Below, one piece after another: positions 41,186 through 53,750 of a stretch of DNA of 64,000 nt. Source of the stretch: Octopus vulgaris (taxonomy: Eukaryota); the NCBI GenBank assembly GCA_951406725.2, contig OX597829.1, positions 39,866,001 through 39,930,000 on the forward strand, in the 5' to 3' direction. Position 1 is the first letter of the stretch. Every line of letters starts with the position of its first letter. The notes under the pieces were generated by a model that saw only the letters and a program-made list of their open reading frames with translations, did no database searches and had not been told where the DNA came from. The translations under genes and the position numbers were made by a program.

Positions 41186-41949
41186 CGATTTTGTGATCGT
41201 GAGTTCTACACCCTAACCGCAAAGTTACGCACCTTTACTACTCCATCCTGGCTAATAAACGAAACAAAATAGTTTTCAAACAATTATTCGATGGATTCAC
41301 GATGTTACTGCTGTCTGGTAGATTCGATGTATATATCTCTCCATAAATGTAAGCTAGCTTGTAAACAAACAATGCTTATTTTCACAGGGATCGAACCCTG
41401 TCAAGAAACTGGCTCTCGAATTTGATTGGACATTATCTAGAAGAACACGTTTTGTGTGTGTGTATGTGTGTGTGTGTGTGTTTGTATGTGTGTGTGTGTG
41501 TGTGTTATACTGGGTGTGTGACAAGCATTATCTGAAGGTCTGGCTCGACCTTGTAATTCTAACGGGAAGCCCAGATTTGTTTACGCAACATCTTAAACGA
41601 TTTTCCATCTATTAACCGTAATATGGTACGTCGATATAGATCCGGTTTTTCTTGTTTTTCTTCTTGTCTTCGTCTCTTTTTCCTCTCTTTCTTTCTTTCT
41701 TTCTTTCTTTTTTCTCCATTTCTTACCCTCACACCATTTCTGTCTCTCACTGCTGCTACTCCTGTCGGTGTCCGCCTGGTTGACGCCAAGTGTTCGAGGA
41801 CTACAGCTATCTCTGATTATTTTCCCCTGATAAACATTGTAGATGGTTTGCTGTGTCTGTTTGCTCTCTATCATTTTCCTCCTTGCGACATACACTTTTC
41901 ACAAAACGCAGATCATAGATTTGAGCGGACAGTATCTCTCCCAAATTGG

Positions 41950-42182
41950 AAGGCGGCGAGCTGGCAGAAACGTTAGCAGGCCGGGCGAAATGCGTAGCCG
42001 TATTTCGTCTGCCGTTACGTTCTGAGTTCAAATTCCGCAGAGGTCGACTTTGCCTTTCATCCTTTCGGGGTCGATTAAATAAGTACCAGTTACGCACTGG
42101 GGTCGATATAATCGACTTAATCCGTTTGTCTGTCCTTGTTTGTCCTCTCTGTGTTTAGCCCCTTGTGAGTAGTGAAGAAATA
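41950..42182 (+). mobile_element. SINE-B monomer with TSD
   Basis: agtatctctcccaaatt on both sides. Confidence 0.92.
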
Positions 42183-42535
42183 AGTATCTCTCCCAAATTT
42201 TTCCTTTTCAGAACCTGCTTGTATAGCAAGGTGAATTCGTTCCTTGTTACATGATATTTTAGGCTATGTGCTTATGAAAACTTCCAATAGGAAAACATAG
42301 ATGTCCTCCGCTTTTTCTTTCAAATATAGATATCAAATATAGTCTTCCAGTTAACAAATCTCGACCAATAAGAACCAACCTAACTTATGGCCCTCAAATA
42401 CATTTTCTTCCTCAAGCATAGATGTCTTTCTTCACGCCTTTTCTCAAAGATCTGAGTTTTAGCTCATCCTGAAGGGAAAAATGCAGCGAATTTTTAAACA
42501 GGCTTCGAGAACTTTTGACATCCAATATCCAACTA

Positions 42536-42750
42536 AAAGGCAGCGAGCAGTCAGAATCATCAACAGGCTGGGCAAAATGCCTAATGGCATTTCGTCCGTC
42601 TTTATGTTCTGAGTTCGAATTCCGCTGAAGTCAACTTAGCCTTTCATCCTTTCAGAGTCGATAAAATAAGTACCATATAAGCACTGGGGGTCGATGTAAT
42701 CGACTTATCTCCTGCCCCGAAATAGTTGGCCTTGTGCCAAACTTTGAAAC
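42536..42750 (+). mobile_element. Older SINE-B copy (alternative tail)
   Basis: Diverged head and domain; tail ...ggccttgtgccaaactttgaaacc. Confidence 0.8.
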
Positions 42751-43214
42751 CGTTATCGATGTTGAGGTAGGAGGGAGGACCTATCTTTGGAATTGGTCTG
42801 ACTGACATAGTCCACAAAAGTTGCTCACAGACTCTCCCTGCTAAGGTGAAATGGAAGGAACTGGTGTAATATCTTTATCTTATCGTTTTCTTGTCTCATT
42901 CATTGGACTTCGGCCATGCTAGAGTACAAACATGAACGATTTAGTCGAATAAATAGACCCCAGTACTTATTATTAAAAAAATCAGACCCTTATTCTATCG
43001 GACACTTTTCCGAAACGCTAAGTTACGGGAACGTAAACGGACCAAACCGGTTGTCAAGCAGAGGTGAGGGAGCAAGGACACACACACAAATGCATAATAC
43101 ATATATCAGAAAACATTTGCCCAAGGTGTAACCTACTTATTATTATTCTTTCTTTTTTTAGTTTCAGCTCAGAACTGCGGCCTTGCTGACGCACCGCTGT
43201 TTTTTTTTTTTTAT

Positions 43215-43607
43215 TTAAACACAGAGAGGACAAACAAGGACAAGCAAACGGATTACGTCGATTATATCGTCCCCAGTGCGTAACTGGTACATATTTAATC
43301 GACCCCGAAAGGATGAAAGGCAAAGTCGACCTCGGCGGAATTTGAACTCAGAACGTAGCGGCAGACGAAATACTTATTTCTTTACTACCCACAAGGGGCT
43401 AAACACAGAGAAGACAAACAAGGACAGACAAACGGATTACATCGATTATATCGAGCCCAGTGCGTAACTGGTACTTATTTAATCGACCCCGAAAGGATGA
43501 AAGGCAAAGTCGACCTCGGCGGAATTTGAACTCAGAACGTATCGGCAGACGAAATACCGCTAAGCATTTCGCCCGGTGTGCTAACATTTCTGCCATCTCG
43601 CCGCCTT
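43215..43607 (-). mobile_element. SINE-B dimer
   Basis: Two units sharing the ggattac variant. Confidence 0.88.
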
Positions 43608-43945
43608 ATGTCGAAATTTTCCTTTTTTTTTCCCATCAAGTTGGTAAGATTGAATTCAAAGTTCTCAAGTTCCATGTATGGAATGATTTCTCATTTTGAA
43701 TTCCTGTTTATTTGCTGCCGTACCAATAAATCACTTATCGTATTAGAAGGCTCTCTGTCACGTGCACTCATTCGCACTTTCATGTTTTTTGTTTTTATTT
43801 CAGTATAGAACTCCTGGGATTATATTTCTATATTTTTAAAAGGACAAAGTGTGATACCTCTCCATTTTCAAATGTTTGCTGTAGGATCGTTAATAGTTAA
43901 GTACAAGGTCATATATACGTTCATATTGCTAATGAGGAAAAAAAC

Positions 43946-44337
43946 TCTCTGTGTGAAAAGTCTGGCGGCATACACGTTAGCATACAACTAACAACACAGT
44001 TAATTAAGATTTATTCAGTGAGTTCTATTCAACACATGTTTACACGTGGAATTAGCAAAATCATTATTAACTTTAGATGATGGCGTTTTCAAAGTTTTGG
44101 CCGATAAAGCTGAACTGAAAAACCCTACAACGAGGCATGAATTGCACGAAGCCGTCTTGCAGTCTTGGGAAGAGCTATCTGAGCGGAAAATTCGTGGATG
44201 TATTCAACATCAAACTCGTGTTCGGCGTCAAATAGTTGACTATCGTGGTGGTAACAGATTCGTGTAATAAATTTTGTGTTTATTTTTGTTTCATAATATA
44301 ATTTTTTTCGGATGCAGCCAGACTTTTTACACAGAGG
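43946..44337 (+). mobile_element. Internally deleted Tc1/mariner element
   Basis: TIRs ctctgtgtgaaaagtctggcggcat / atgcagccagactttttacacagagg followed by TA; ORF NPTTRHELHEAVLQSWEELS...QIVDYRGG resembles the Tc1 transposase C-terminus. Confidence 0.82.
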
Positions 44338-44524
44338 TACATTATGAAGAGTTTAACGTTTTTAGAAAATAACTAAAATGCTCTCTACTTTTAATTTTGC
44401 ACACTCGATCAGAATATTTCTTAGTAAATTGAACCATTTGGAAGAGGTATATTTAAGGATATAGGTTAGGTTTATTCTCATTGGTTGAAGTGTGTTAGCT
44501 AGAAGACAATATTTCTGCTAATGG

Positions 44525-44912
44525 AAGGCGGCGAGCTGGCAGAAACGTTAGCACGCCGGGCGAAATGCTTAGCAGTATTTCGTCTGCCGTTACGTTCTGA
44601 GTTCAAATTCCGCCGAGGTCGACTTTGCTTTTCATCCTTTCAGGGGTCGATTAATTAAGTACCACTTGCGTACTGGGGTCGATCTAATCGACTTAATCCG
44701 TTTGTCTGTCCTTGTTTGTCCTCTCTGTGTTTAGCCCCTTGTGGGTAGTAAAGAAATAGGTATTTCGTCTGCCGCTACGTTCTAAGTTCAAATTCCGCCG
44801 AGGTCGACTTCGCCTTTCATCCTTTCTGGGTCGATAAATTAAGTACCAGTTGCGTACTGGTATCGATTTAATTGACTGGCCCCCTCCCCAAATATTTCGG
44901 GCCTTGTGCCTA
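44525..44912 (+). mobile_element. SINE-B dimer (Tx1-type tail, then alternative tail)
   Basis: Junction aaagaaata-ggtatttcgtc at ~44759. Confidence 0.9.
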
Positions 44913-45684
44913 GAGTTGACGACAACATTTCGTCTAATGGGTTTAGCTACTATAGTGTAATCGAAAATGCTTAGATTAAGCATCTGTTGCCAGTGACAAC
45001 TGGTTTGCCAACTCATTAGCATATCAGTTGGCAATGGAGTGGTGGACGGATGTTGGTTCATCAAAAGGGTTTGTCTCTACTGGGAACAAATAGATAATGT
45101 TTCCGATCTTTTGTTCGGCGACATCGCTGGTAAACATAGGATCTGGAATATTTCCATGAAACAAAATAAACAGTTTCCTGCTATACTGTAATACTGAATA
45201 AGTTTTTTCAGGACGTTCTAAGTTATTCGAGTATTTTCATACCTGTACTCCATGAATTTCTAAACGGTTTGGAAGAAAGAAGTTCCCTTCTTGTTTACCG
45301 TTCTATACAAGTGTCCATACTAGTAGAATCGGTTCTCGGTATAATGTGTCCGGTATAATTTCTCTCAATTCTGTCAGGGAGTCTTTTAGTTACTTTAAGC
45401 ACCACCATTTTAATAAGGTACTATTCCTATAATTGGGTTGATTAAGGGTTTTTGTAGTTACAAATCGGTTGATGTGGAAGTGGGGGCTATCTAGATGTAT
45501 CTCTTAGGTTTTGCTGTGAAATCTAGGAGGTAATATTATTCGGTCATAAATAACTGACTTCAGTAATTAAATGTTGAAAAATTGTTGTATTGCGCTGGTT
45601 GTTTTGCTAAGAATAATATCTTTCAAGCTATGTAAAAGAAGAAATAGAAAAACAACAAAAGCCACAAAGACAAGAATAATAGTT

Positions 45685-45685
45685 A

Positions 45686-45732
<47 letters not shown>

Positions 45733-45735
45733 GAT

Positions 45736-45770
<35 letters not shown>

Positions 45771-45901
45771 TGATGATGATGGCGACGACGATGATATGGA
45801 TGATGATGAAGGTGATATTGTTGATATAGTGATGATGATGATGATGATGATAATGATGATGTTCATATGATGATAATGATGATGATGACGATGATGACGA
45901 T
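45685..45901. repeat. (GAT/GAC)n microsatellite
   Basis: Direct observation. Confidence 0.95.
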
Positions 45902-46590
45902 GTCTTTATTGTTACTTTAGAATACTTCTGTGTGATTAATTCTGTTTTGTTTTTGCGTGTTTTGAGGAATTTTTCTAAAATTATTTAGTCTTGGAGAATA
46001 TTTATTTTGATTGTAAACATTCGGTATTGTTTTGTCAGAGTCAACTTTAGTTTATATGCATTCTCTGAGAATATATAAAAAAAATTATAGCTACTCCTAC
46101 TCACTCCATCGCTCTCCTTTGCTCTCCCTCTCTCTCCCTGTCTCTCTTTCTCTCTTAGTCTAGCGCCCACAAACATATAGACACAATTATACATGTATAA
46201 ACACGTACATTTGTACACACGCATATATATGACATACATCCATATTTATAGTAAAGGATAAAGAAGAAAAAAACAATATACACATATATATAAAAAATAT
46301 AATAACAAAAGTAATACAAGGGCAACGAAGACATTCTGTAATTGTTTGACGCCAGGGAGAAAGAAAAAAAGAATTTCCTTTTTTTATATTTTGGACTTAA
46401 TGGTCCTTCATCGGAAAAGAAAAGAAAAAGAAATGAAGATAATAAAACAAAGAAAGTAAAAAAAAAAGGGTTGAGACGAATTACTCACGGTATGTATTGT
46501 TTTACGATTGCGCCAATAAAATAAGTGCACTAGACAAGTACTGGAGCCTGTTTAATCTAAATTTGAAGCGTTTGTACCTATGTCATAAAC

Positions 46591-46910
46591 CAGAGGTTCT
46601 CAAACGTTTTGGGGCCACATAATACCCTCAGCGCCCCCGTCCCAATTTTTATGTATAAATAAATATTTTATATTTTACTAATTTATATATACTATGAATC
46701 ATTTGATATTTACTACAATATTATATAATTTGTATACAATACTATGATAATATTATAATATATTCATAGCGCCCTCCAATTCACTGCCTTCCTCCCAACG
46801 CCACCTTTTTTCTCTACCGCTCCTTCCCATCGCCCCCTTAGGCACCAGCACCTACCTGTACCGTCTCAACGCCCACCAGTGGGTGGTAGCACCCACTTTT
46901 AGAACCTAAG
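46591..46910. mobile_element. hAT (Charlie-like) MITE
   Basis: Starts cagaggttctcaaac, ends ttttagaacctaag; 8-bp TSD tcataaac at 46583-46590 and 46911-46918. Confidence 0.8.
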
Positions 46911-46925
46911 TCATAAACCAACAAT

Positions 46926-47316
46926 AAGGCGGCGAGCTGGCAGAACCGTTAGCACGCCGGGCGAAATGCGAAGCCGTATTTCGTCTGCCGTTACGTTCTG
47001 AGTTCAAATTCCGCCGAGGTCGACTTTGCCTTTCATCCTTTCAGGGTTGATAAATTAAGTACCAGTTACGCACTGGGGTCGATGTAATCGACTTAATCCA
47101 TTTGTCTGTCCTTGTTTGTCTCCTCTGTATTTAGCCCCTTGTGGGTAGTAAAGAAATATATATATTTTTCCGAGGTCGACTTTGCCTTTCATCCTTTCGG
47201 GGTCGATAAATAAAGTACCAGTTACGCACTGGGGTCGATGTAATCGACTTAATCCATTTGTCTGTCTTTGTTTGTCCTCTCTATGTTTAGCCCCTTGTGG
47301 GCAATAAAGAAATATA
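46926..47316 (+). mobile_element. SINE-B dimer with TSD
   Basis: gtcataaaccaacaata on both sides; second unit begins slightly further 3' than usual. Confidence 0.9.
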
Positions 47317-47727
47317 TGTCATAAACCAACAATAGATTAATTACAATGATGATCGCACTATAATAGTCTAGAATGAAGTTTCGATTTCCAGTTTGAGTTA
47401 TTTGGTTCGACGAACACCAAAAAAGCTTTTGGAATATTCTTTTTTATGTTACCATCCCACCACAGACTTATCATTAATTTCATTTAATCTTGAGGGTTCT
47501 TTCTGTGTTCACATCCCGCAAATCAAGTTTGTCTATTTGTTTCGTTTGTAGTCAGTACTTGGAGATACCAGTAATAAACTGCAAGCAATTAATTGCATTT
47601 ACTATATACCCTCTCCCTTTATTCTACTTCTTTTTTTCTGCTTTGTTATAAGCTTATTCCCTTTATTGAAAGCAATTGTTATTGTTATTGTTATTGTTAT
47701 TGCTGGTCTTGTACCTAACTAGAAACA

Positions 47728-47932
47728 AACCATCATCATCACCCTCCTCCTCCTCCTCCTCCTCCTCCTCCTCCTCCTCCTCCTCCTCCTCCTCCTCCTC
47801 CTCCTCCTCATCATCATCATCATCATCATCATCATCTTCTTCTTCTTCTTCTTCTTCTTCTTCTTCTTCTTCTTCTTCTTCTTCTTCTTTTTCTTCTTCT
47901 CGTCCTCATTATTATTATTATTATTATTATTA
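47728..47932. repeat. (CCT)n-(CAT)n-(CTT)n-(ATT)n compound microsatellite
   Basis: Direct observation. Confidence 0.96.
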
Positions 47933-48501
47933 TTGTTAGGAAATTCTAAAAACGATAGAACGTTTTTATCGTATAATGTTAAGTTAAACATATTTTCTTT
48001 ATTTTGGCACTACGGCCATTCACGAAGAAGGGACGACACAAGGACAGGCGGAGCACCACAGTCGAGACAGAAAACATAAAACGAATGAACATGAAAAAAA
48101 AAATGTATAATAAAATCGATGGCGATGCAATGGCCGTATTGAACCCCACTCTCATTCAGTACCATTTAATTATTAATTTATACAATTATTGAAGTTTTCT
48201 TATCTTTCTGCATCCTTCTTTTTTCCTTTTTTTCTTTTTAAAGGATTCCCTTATTACCAGTGATTAAAGGTATTAACTTCTCGTATTCAACTACTTTTGG
48301 TAATTCCTCAAATTCAATTTCTTTCCCCAAAGTGTTCACATCTTCTCCAAATAGTTCTTTCAACCTTCTGTACCTTTCTTTGTCAATTTCCCCACCTTTG
48401 ATGTGTTCTGGGCAACTCTTTGCTGGCATTTTAATTCTTATAGCACCTTTGAATTTCGTTATTTTCCGCTCTATGTGAAACACTCTACTTGCTGCCAACA
48501 A

Positions 48502-49620
48502 CCGTTAAAGGGTGGGCTAGGGATGCCCTGGCTCTTGATGCGCAGATATGCGCTGAGGTTGAGGCATCTGTAGCTCTATCTGGATGGTGAACGGGTGTGG
48601 TGTCCGCTGGCTAAATGGATATTTCCCAAGTTCACTAGTTTCAGTGGACGGGAATCCTGGTTCTATCGAAGATCGAAGTTGAGTACAGGGTTTACGGAAT
48701 GTCGCAAGGCTCTCCTGCTATTCCCTCGTTCGGGCAATGCCTGCGGTGGAGGTTCCACCGCATTCTTTTATCGAGGGCTTGTAGAGGCGGAATATGACGA
48801 TACTTTAGGGGAAACCCTAGGTCTCGACTCTAATCGGCTGGCCAGTCTGTTCCAACGTACATTCGGCCCGAAGACCCGGGACAACTTTCAGAAGTCTCTG
48901 GCATGGCAGTGTTACAGAGGGGCCTTATCTGTTGGGGACAAGCTCACAAGGCATGGTGGCTGTGGCCCTTCGACCTGTCCAAGATGCGAGCGGGATAGGG
49001 AAACCGTCCCGCATGCTATTGTTCAACGTTCGGAGGTGTCAGATGTGTGAGTTTATACGGAACAACTGTTGTTAAGTGCAGGAAGAGTACAGCTATCGAC
49101 TGAGTCTATAGTAAAAATTGACCCGCCTGATTTCCTTTCGAAATAAGATAAGAATTGTTTTCTCATTGTAGTAGCAATTGCGAGAGAGGTAATTTGGAGA
49201 ACGAGGCTGAAAGGGTTAAAGTCAGGCACTTTCATCTCTGGCCCTGAATTGGTGAATTACTTCACCTTTCACCTTAAAAGGAAAATAGGGCTAGAGAGAA
49301 AATGCCTGACTGTGAAAATGTTTGAAAATCGATGGAAGAAAGTAGTACGGATGTTGCGTGTGGATGGAACCTCATGAATGCGACACAGGATGTAACTCAG
49401 GTATCAGTGGCGGGGCGGAGCTCGTGGGGTCCGAATTAAACCGCCCCCACTCCATCCGTAATGTCTTCCGGTCTGTCCTACCATTCGATTTTATTATATT
49501 TTCTTATTTTTGTAGAATTTTTAATGCCATTTTTTTTTTGTATAATCACTCGCTCATCTGACCCCAAAATCAGATTGTATTGTCCCCTCTTCGTTGGTCC
49601 CTTGTGGATAATAAAAAAAT
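48502..49620 (+). mobile_element. 5'-truncated Tx1/L1-clade LINE (ORF2 C-terminus plus 3' UTR), degenerate
   Basis: PLKGGLGMP; KSLAWQCYRGALSVGDKL...CPRCERDRETVPHA (zf-RVT-like); EVIWRTR; FENRW; in-frame stops; ends cccttgtggataataaaaaaat. Confidence 0.85.
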
Positions 49621-50194
49621 CAATATTTATGTGAATTTTGAACGCTGCATTTGTGGCAGGTTGTGTAGTAATTTTGCTAGCTATTTTCTGTTACGATAAA
49701 TAGCTAGCCTCAAAATTTGTATAAATAGCTAAAGGCTGTATGATTTTAATAATTTCATGTAGCCAATTTTTTGTATTAGACAACTAACTGTAAATTTTGT
49801 CTAATGGTTACTCAGTATGCTTGTATGAAGCAGTTATGCGTAAATTTAAGGCAGACTAAATTTTTGTTTGACTATTTGAGTTTTTAAAACTATAATTATT
49901 GATGTAGTCTAGCAGCCAGTTTGTGTCATGAACTTTTAATTTAAATGGTTGCTCTGACATTAGATTTATTTATGTTTTGGTCCAAGGTTCGAAATCCAAT
50001 GTTCGAAAACTGAATTTGTGAAGCCAGATTTTATGAAATCTAAATTTTCGGAATACATGTTTTTTGAAAACTAAATTTGTGAGGGCAAGTTTTGTGTGAG
50101 GCCGATTTGAGTGAAACCAAACTTTGTGAATCCAGAGTTACGAATTCAAGTTTGTGAAATCAAGTTGAGGCTGGGTTTCTGACTCCGAATTTCT

Positions 50195-50284
<90 letters not shown>

Positions 50285-50287
<3 letters not shown>

Positions 50288-50449
50288 CTCTGAGTTTCAG
50301 ATGCCGAAGTGGAAATCCACAACACCATCTCTTCGGTTATCTGGCTATTTTATCTTACCGAGTAATGTAACATATTGTATAGATAAATTTCCTCTATTTA
50401 CATAATATTGAGGTCTCTTTCTTTCTTTTGTTATCTTACCGTTTTATCA

Positions 50450-50450
<1 letters not shown>
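50285..50450 (-). mobile_element. Penelope-like fragment with hammerhead-like motif
   Basis: Minus strand reads CCGAAGA-gatg...catc-t-GAAA-ctcagag-TT and runs into (TA)n. Confidence 0.55.
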
Positions 50451-50484
<34 letters not shown>

Positions 50485-50708
50485 TATATACTACCTTTAT
50501 AAATATTTTGATTGCACGTTTAGTGTAGCATTAATTTACTTTTTTCGTATATATTTATTTTGTATGTAGACTGTTTTTTTTTATGCTGATACTTATTTGT
50601 CAATATTTTACAAAAAACTTCATGGTGTGTTGTTGTTTTGGGTTCACACCATCCTCGTTGGTTGTAGAAATTCGGGTTATGGCCACCAGGTCGTAACAAT
50701 ATTATTAC

Positions 50709-51149
50709 CTATTTCTTTACTACCAATAAGGGGCTGAACACAGAGGGGACAAACAAGGACAGACAAACGGATTAAGTCGATTACATCGACCCCAGTGCGT
50801 AACTGGTACTTATCTAATCGACCTCGAAAGGATGAAAGGTAAAGTCGACCTCGGCGGAATTTGAACTCAGAACGTATCGGCAGACGAAATACCTATTTCT
50901 TTACTGTCTACAATCTATTTCTTTACTACCCACAAGGGGCTAAACATAGAGGGGACAAACAAGGACAGACAAATGGATTAAGTCGATTACATCGACCCCA
51001 GTGCGTAACTGGTACTTATCTAATCGACCTCGAAAGGATGAAAGGCAAAGTCGACCTCGGCGGAATTTGAACTCAGAACGTATCGGCAGACGAAATACCG
51101 CTAAGCATTTCGCCCGGTGTGCTAACGTTTCTGCCAAGCTCGCCGCCTT
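50709..51149 (-). mobile_element. SINE-B dimer with TSD
   Basis: ccaggtcgtaaca.tattatta on both sides. Confidence 0.9.
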
Positions 51150-51209
51150 AACATTATAATTACCAGGTCGTAACATTATTATTATTATCATTATTATTAT
51201 TTCTTTCTT

Positions 51210-51560
51210 TTTAAGCTTAGGAGGTTTTGTTGTAACTCCTGCAGTCTTGCATGCGTATCGGGCCTGCAGCTTTCAGTATCATGCTATCTGTTCTTTTCAA
51301 CTAATACTTTTCTGATTATTCTAGCCGTGCCAAAGAGGCAGACCTTTCGTAACAACTCTACTAGGCACTCTATTCCGATCAATTTTAACCTTGATACCTT
51401 CTGGTACTGTCTTCAAGGACCCAACTATAATCTTGACCGTCTTCATTTTCCGTAGCCAGGCTATTTCGTACTTAAGAGGATTGTATATATATATATATAT
51501 CTATTTTTTCGACATTCTTCTCGACCATTCGTGGATCAGAGAGGTACGAAACATCAGCAA
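51210..51560 (-). mobile_element. R4/Dong-clade LINE 3' end (RLE C-terminus), decayed
   Basis: PLKYEIAWLRKMK...IIVGSL...LGTARIIRKVL on the minus strand; the 3' end abuts (TAA)n. Confidence 0.65.
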
Positions 51561-51580
51561 TTATCATCATTATTTTTATT

Positions 51581-51639
<59 letters not shown>

Positions 51640-51643
<4 letters not shown>

Positions 51644-52017
51644 AGCGCATGCCATCAAAGTGACACTGGGGTACAAATATGCAAAGCCCAATATACCCAT
51701 CATGACTACCTGTCTGATAAGGGTACACCCAGCACATGCATCATAACCATATGAACACGACATAGTGATCTCATATCAAGATAAACAGTGCATGACCTTG
51801 CGGATGGGGCTCAGTTAGAATTTTCTTCAAGTTGAGTTGCCCATCTCGCTCAAAGGTTTAAGGATGTGGAATAAGGTTTGTTTAAGGATTATGAACGAAC
51901 CACCCATGTTTCCAGAGGTGAATTATTCAACCCCCAAAGAATTCCGCTCAACATATGGCTATGATGCTCCCCCACTATTTCTGCTCATGATCAGAGATGC
52001 ACATATCGTCAGCCACC
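51640..52017. mobile_element. Second copy of the 21074-21614 repeat
   Basis: Shared gcatgccatcaaagtgacactgggg...gctcccccacta. Confidence 0.8.
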
Positions 52018-52059
52018 ATCATTATTATTATTTCCATTTATTATTAAAAGGTACGGCAG

Positions 52060-52530
52060 AATAAAGGTAAAGCTACAGGAGAACGATAGCGATATTATTT
52101 GCGACCTTGGAGGTTGATCGACGGAAACTGAACCAAGAAACGAAAAATATGAAATTCTGAAATACATCAGAACAAAAGGCGTCGCAGAAACAAATGATTT
52201 GATCAAGGCAGCAAGTATTGTCGTAGCAGAAAATGAGGATATTGACGTCAAGAAAAAGAAATATAATGGGAGTGACAAAAGGAAAGATCCATGGTAGAAA
52301 AGGATACAGGCGGAGTTAGATATGCCCTCGAAGGACATTTCTGTGTTTGACCGAAAAGAAAAGGGGGCTAAAAAGCAAAAAGAAAATACAGAGCACTGAA
52401 CAGGAAGTATGATATTGCAAGAAAGGGCCAGATTGTGGTAATTGAGGAACTGAATTAGCACCTCATTGCAAAGAAAGCAAAGCTGGCACCGTATTACATC
52501 TCCAGCGTTAGAAGCTGTACAAAGGCAATA
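52060..52530 (+). mobile_element. R4/Dong-clade LINE N-terminal fragment, decayed
   Basis: ETNDLIKAASIVVAE...KDPW*KRIQAELD..SKDIS resembles the PWWKRRI...RKDLS region; compare 62590-62900. Confidence 0.55.
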
Positions 52531-52551
52531 ATGATAATAATAATATTCATA

Positions 52552-52726
52552 TAACGTCCATTTTTTCCATGTTGGCATGGGTTAGACGGTTTGACTGGAA
52601 CTGCACGCCGGAGAGCTGCACAGGGCTCCAATCTGAATTTGGCTTCGTTTCTACGATTGGATGTCCTTCCTTACGCCTACCACTCCGAGAGTATAGTGGG
52701 TTCCTTTTACGTGTCACCGGCACCGG
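52552..52726 (-). mobile_element. 3' part of another SINE family
   Basis: ttccatgttggcatgggttagacgg...ggatgtccttccttacgcc resembles RTE-associated SINE bodies (recognised from memory, not searched). Confidence 0.5.
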
Positions 52727-52767
52727 TCACAACTGCAATTTTATGTCACTGGTATCGGCCACAGCTG

Positions 52768-52771
52768 TTAC

Positions 52772-52834
<63 letters not shown>

Positions 52835-53070
52835 TATTATTATTGTTATTATTATAATTGTTGTTGTTGTTGTTGTTGTTGTTAATATTATTATTGTTGG
52901 TGTTGTTGTTGTTAATATTATTATTATTATTGTTGTTGTTGTTATTATTGTTATTTTTATTGTTATTATTATTGTTGTTGTTGTTATTATTATTATTATT
53001 GTTGTTGTTGTTGTTGTTGTTGTTAATATTATTATTATTATTGTTGTTGTTGTTATTATTGTTATTTTTA

Positions 53071-53105
<35 letters not shown>

Positions 53106-53209
53106 GTTATTGTTGTTGTTGTTGTTGTTGTTGTTATTATTATTATTATAGTATCGGTTGTTCAAGGTAGCAACAACGACGACGATGACCTTGATGACCT
53201 TGATGATGT

Positions 53210-53244
<35 letters not shown>

Positions 53245-53280
53245 GTGGTAGTGGTAGTGGTAGTGGTGGTGATGATGATG
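52768..53280. repeat. (ATT/GTT)n then (GAT)n microsatellite
   Basis: Direct observation; a higher-order block repeats at 52911 and 53022. Confidence 0.95.
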
Positions 53281-53719
53281 AGATATGCAATAACTGTGAT
53301 TACGATTATGATTTGCAGAGAATGATAGTGTGGAGGGAAAAGGGGAAAAAATAGAAGTAAGAGGAAAAGTGTTAACAAGGGAATTAGAAATGGAAGCATG
53401 TGCACGGTGGCAGGGCGGGGAGGGGGGGTAAAAAAATTGAAACTAGGAATAGACGAAAATGTAGGAGGAAAATTAGAGCAGTCACCATGACAGTAACCAA
53501 TTTAATTTTAGCTTTCAATAATTTTATTCCAATCTCGGTACAATTCCACCTATCATCATTGTGAAAAAATACCCCACCAAAAAATAAAATAAATAAAATA
53601 AATAAATAAATAAAATAAAATGATGTTTCGACAGGAATTTACTAATGGTTCCTCAAATTGATATTTTTTTAAATTTGTTTATTATTTGTATATTTATTTT
53701 ATTTGTATTTATCATTTTT

Positions 53720-53750
<31 letters not shown>

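Noticed and set aside
43276-43699. Recurrent ORFs such as MRNWYLFNRPRKDERQSRPRRNLNSER and [22 protein letters not shown]
   Set aside because: Incidental frames in SINE-B and SINE-A copies, not a gene family.
45060-45620. Possible decayed coding sequence on the minus strand
   Set aside because: Multiple stops and no recognisable motif; cannot be assigned.
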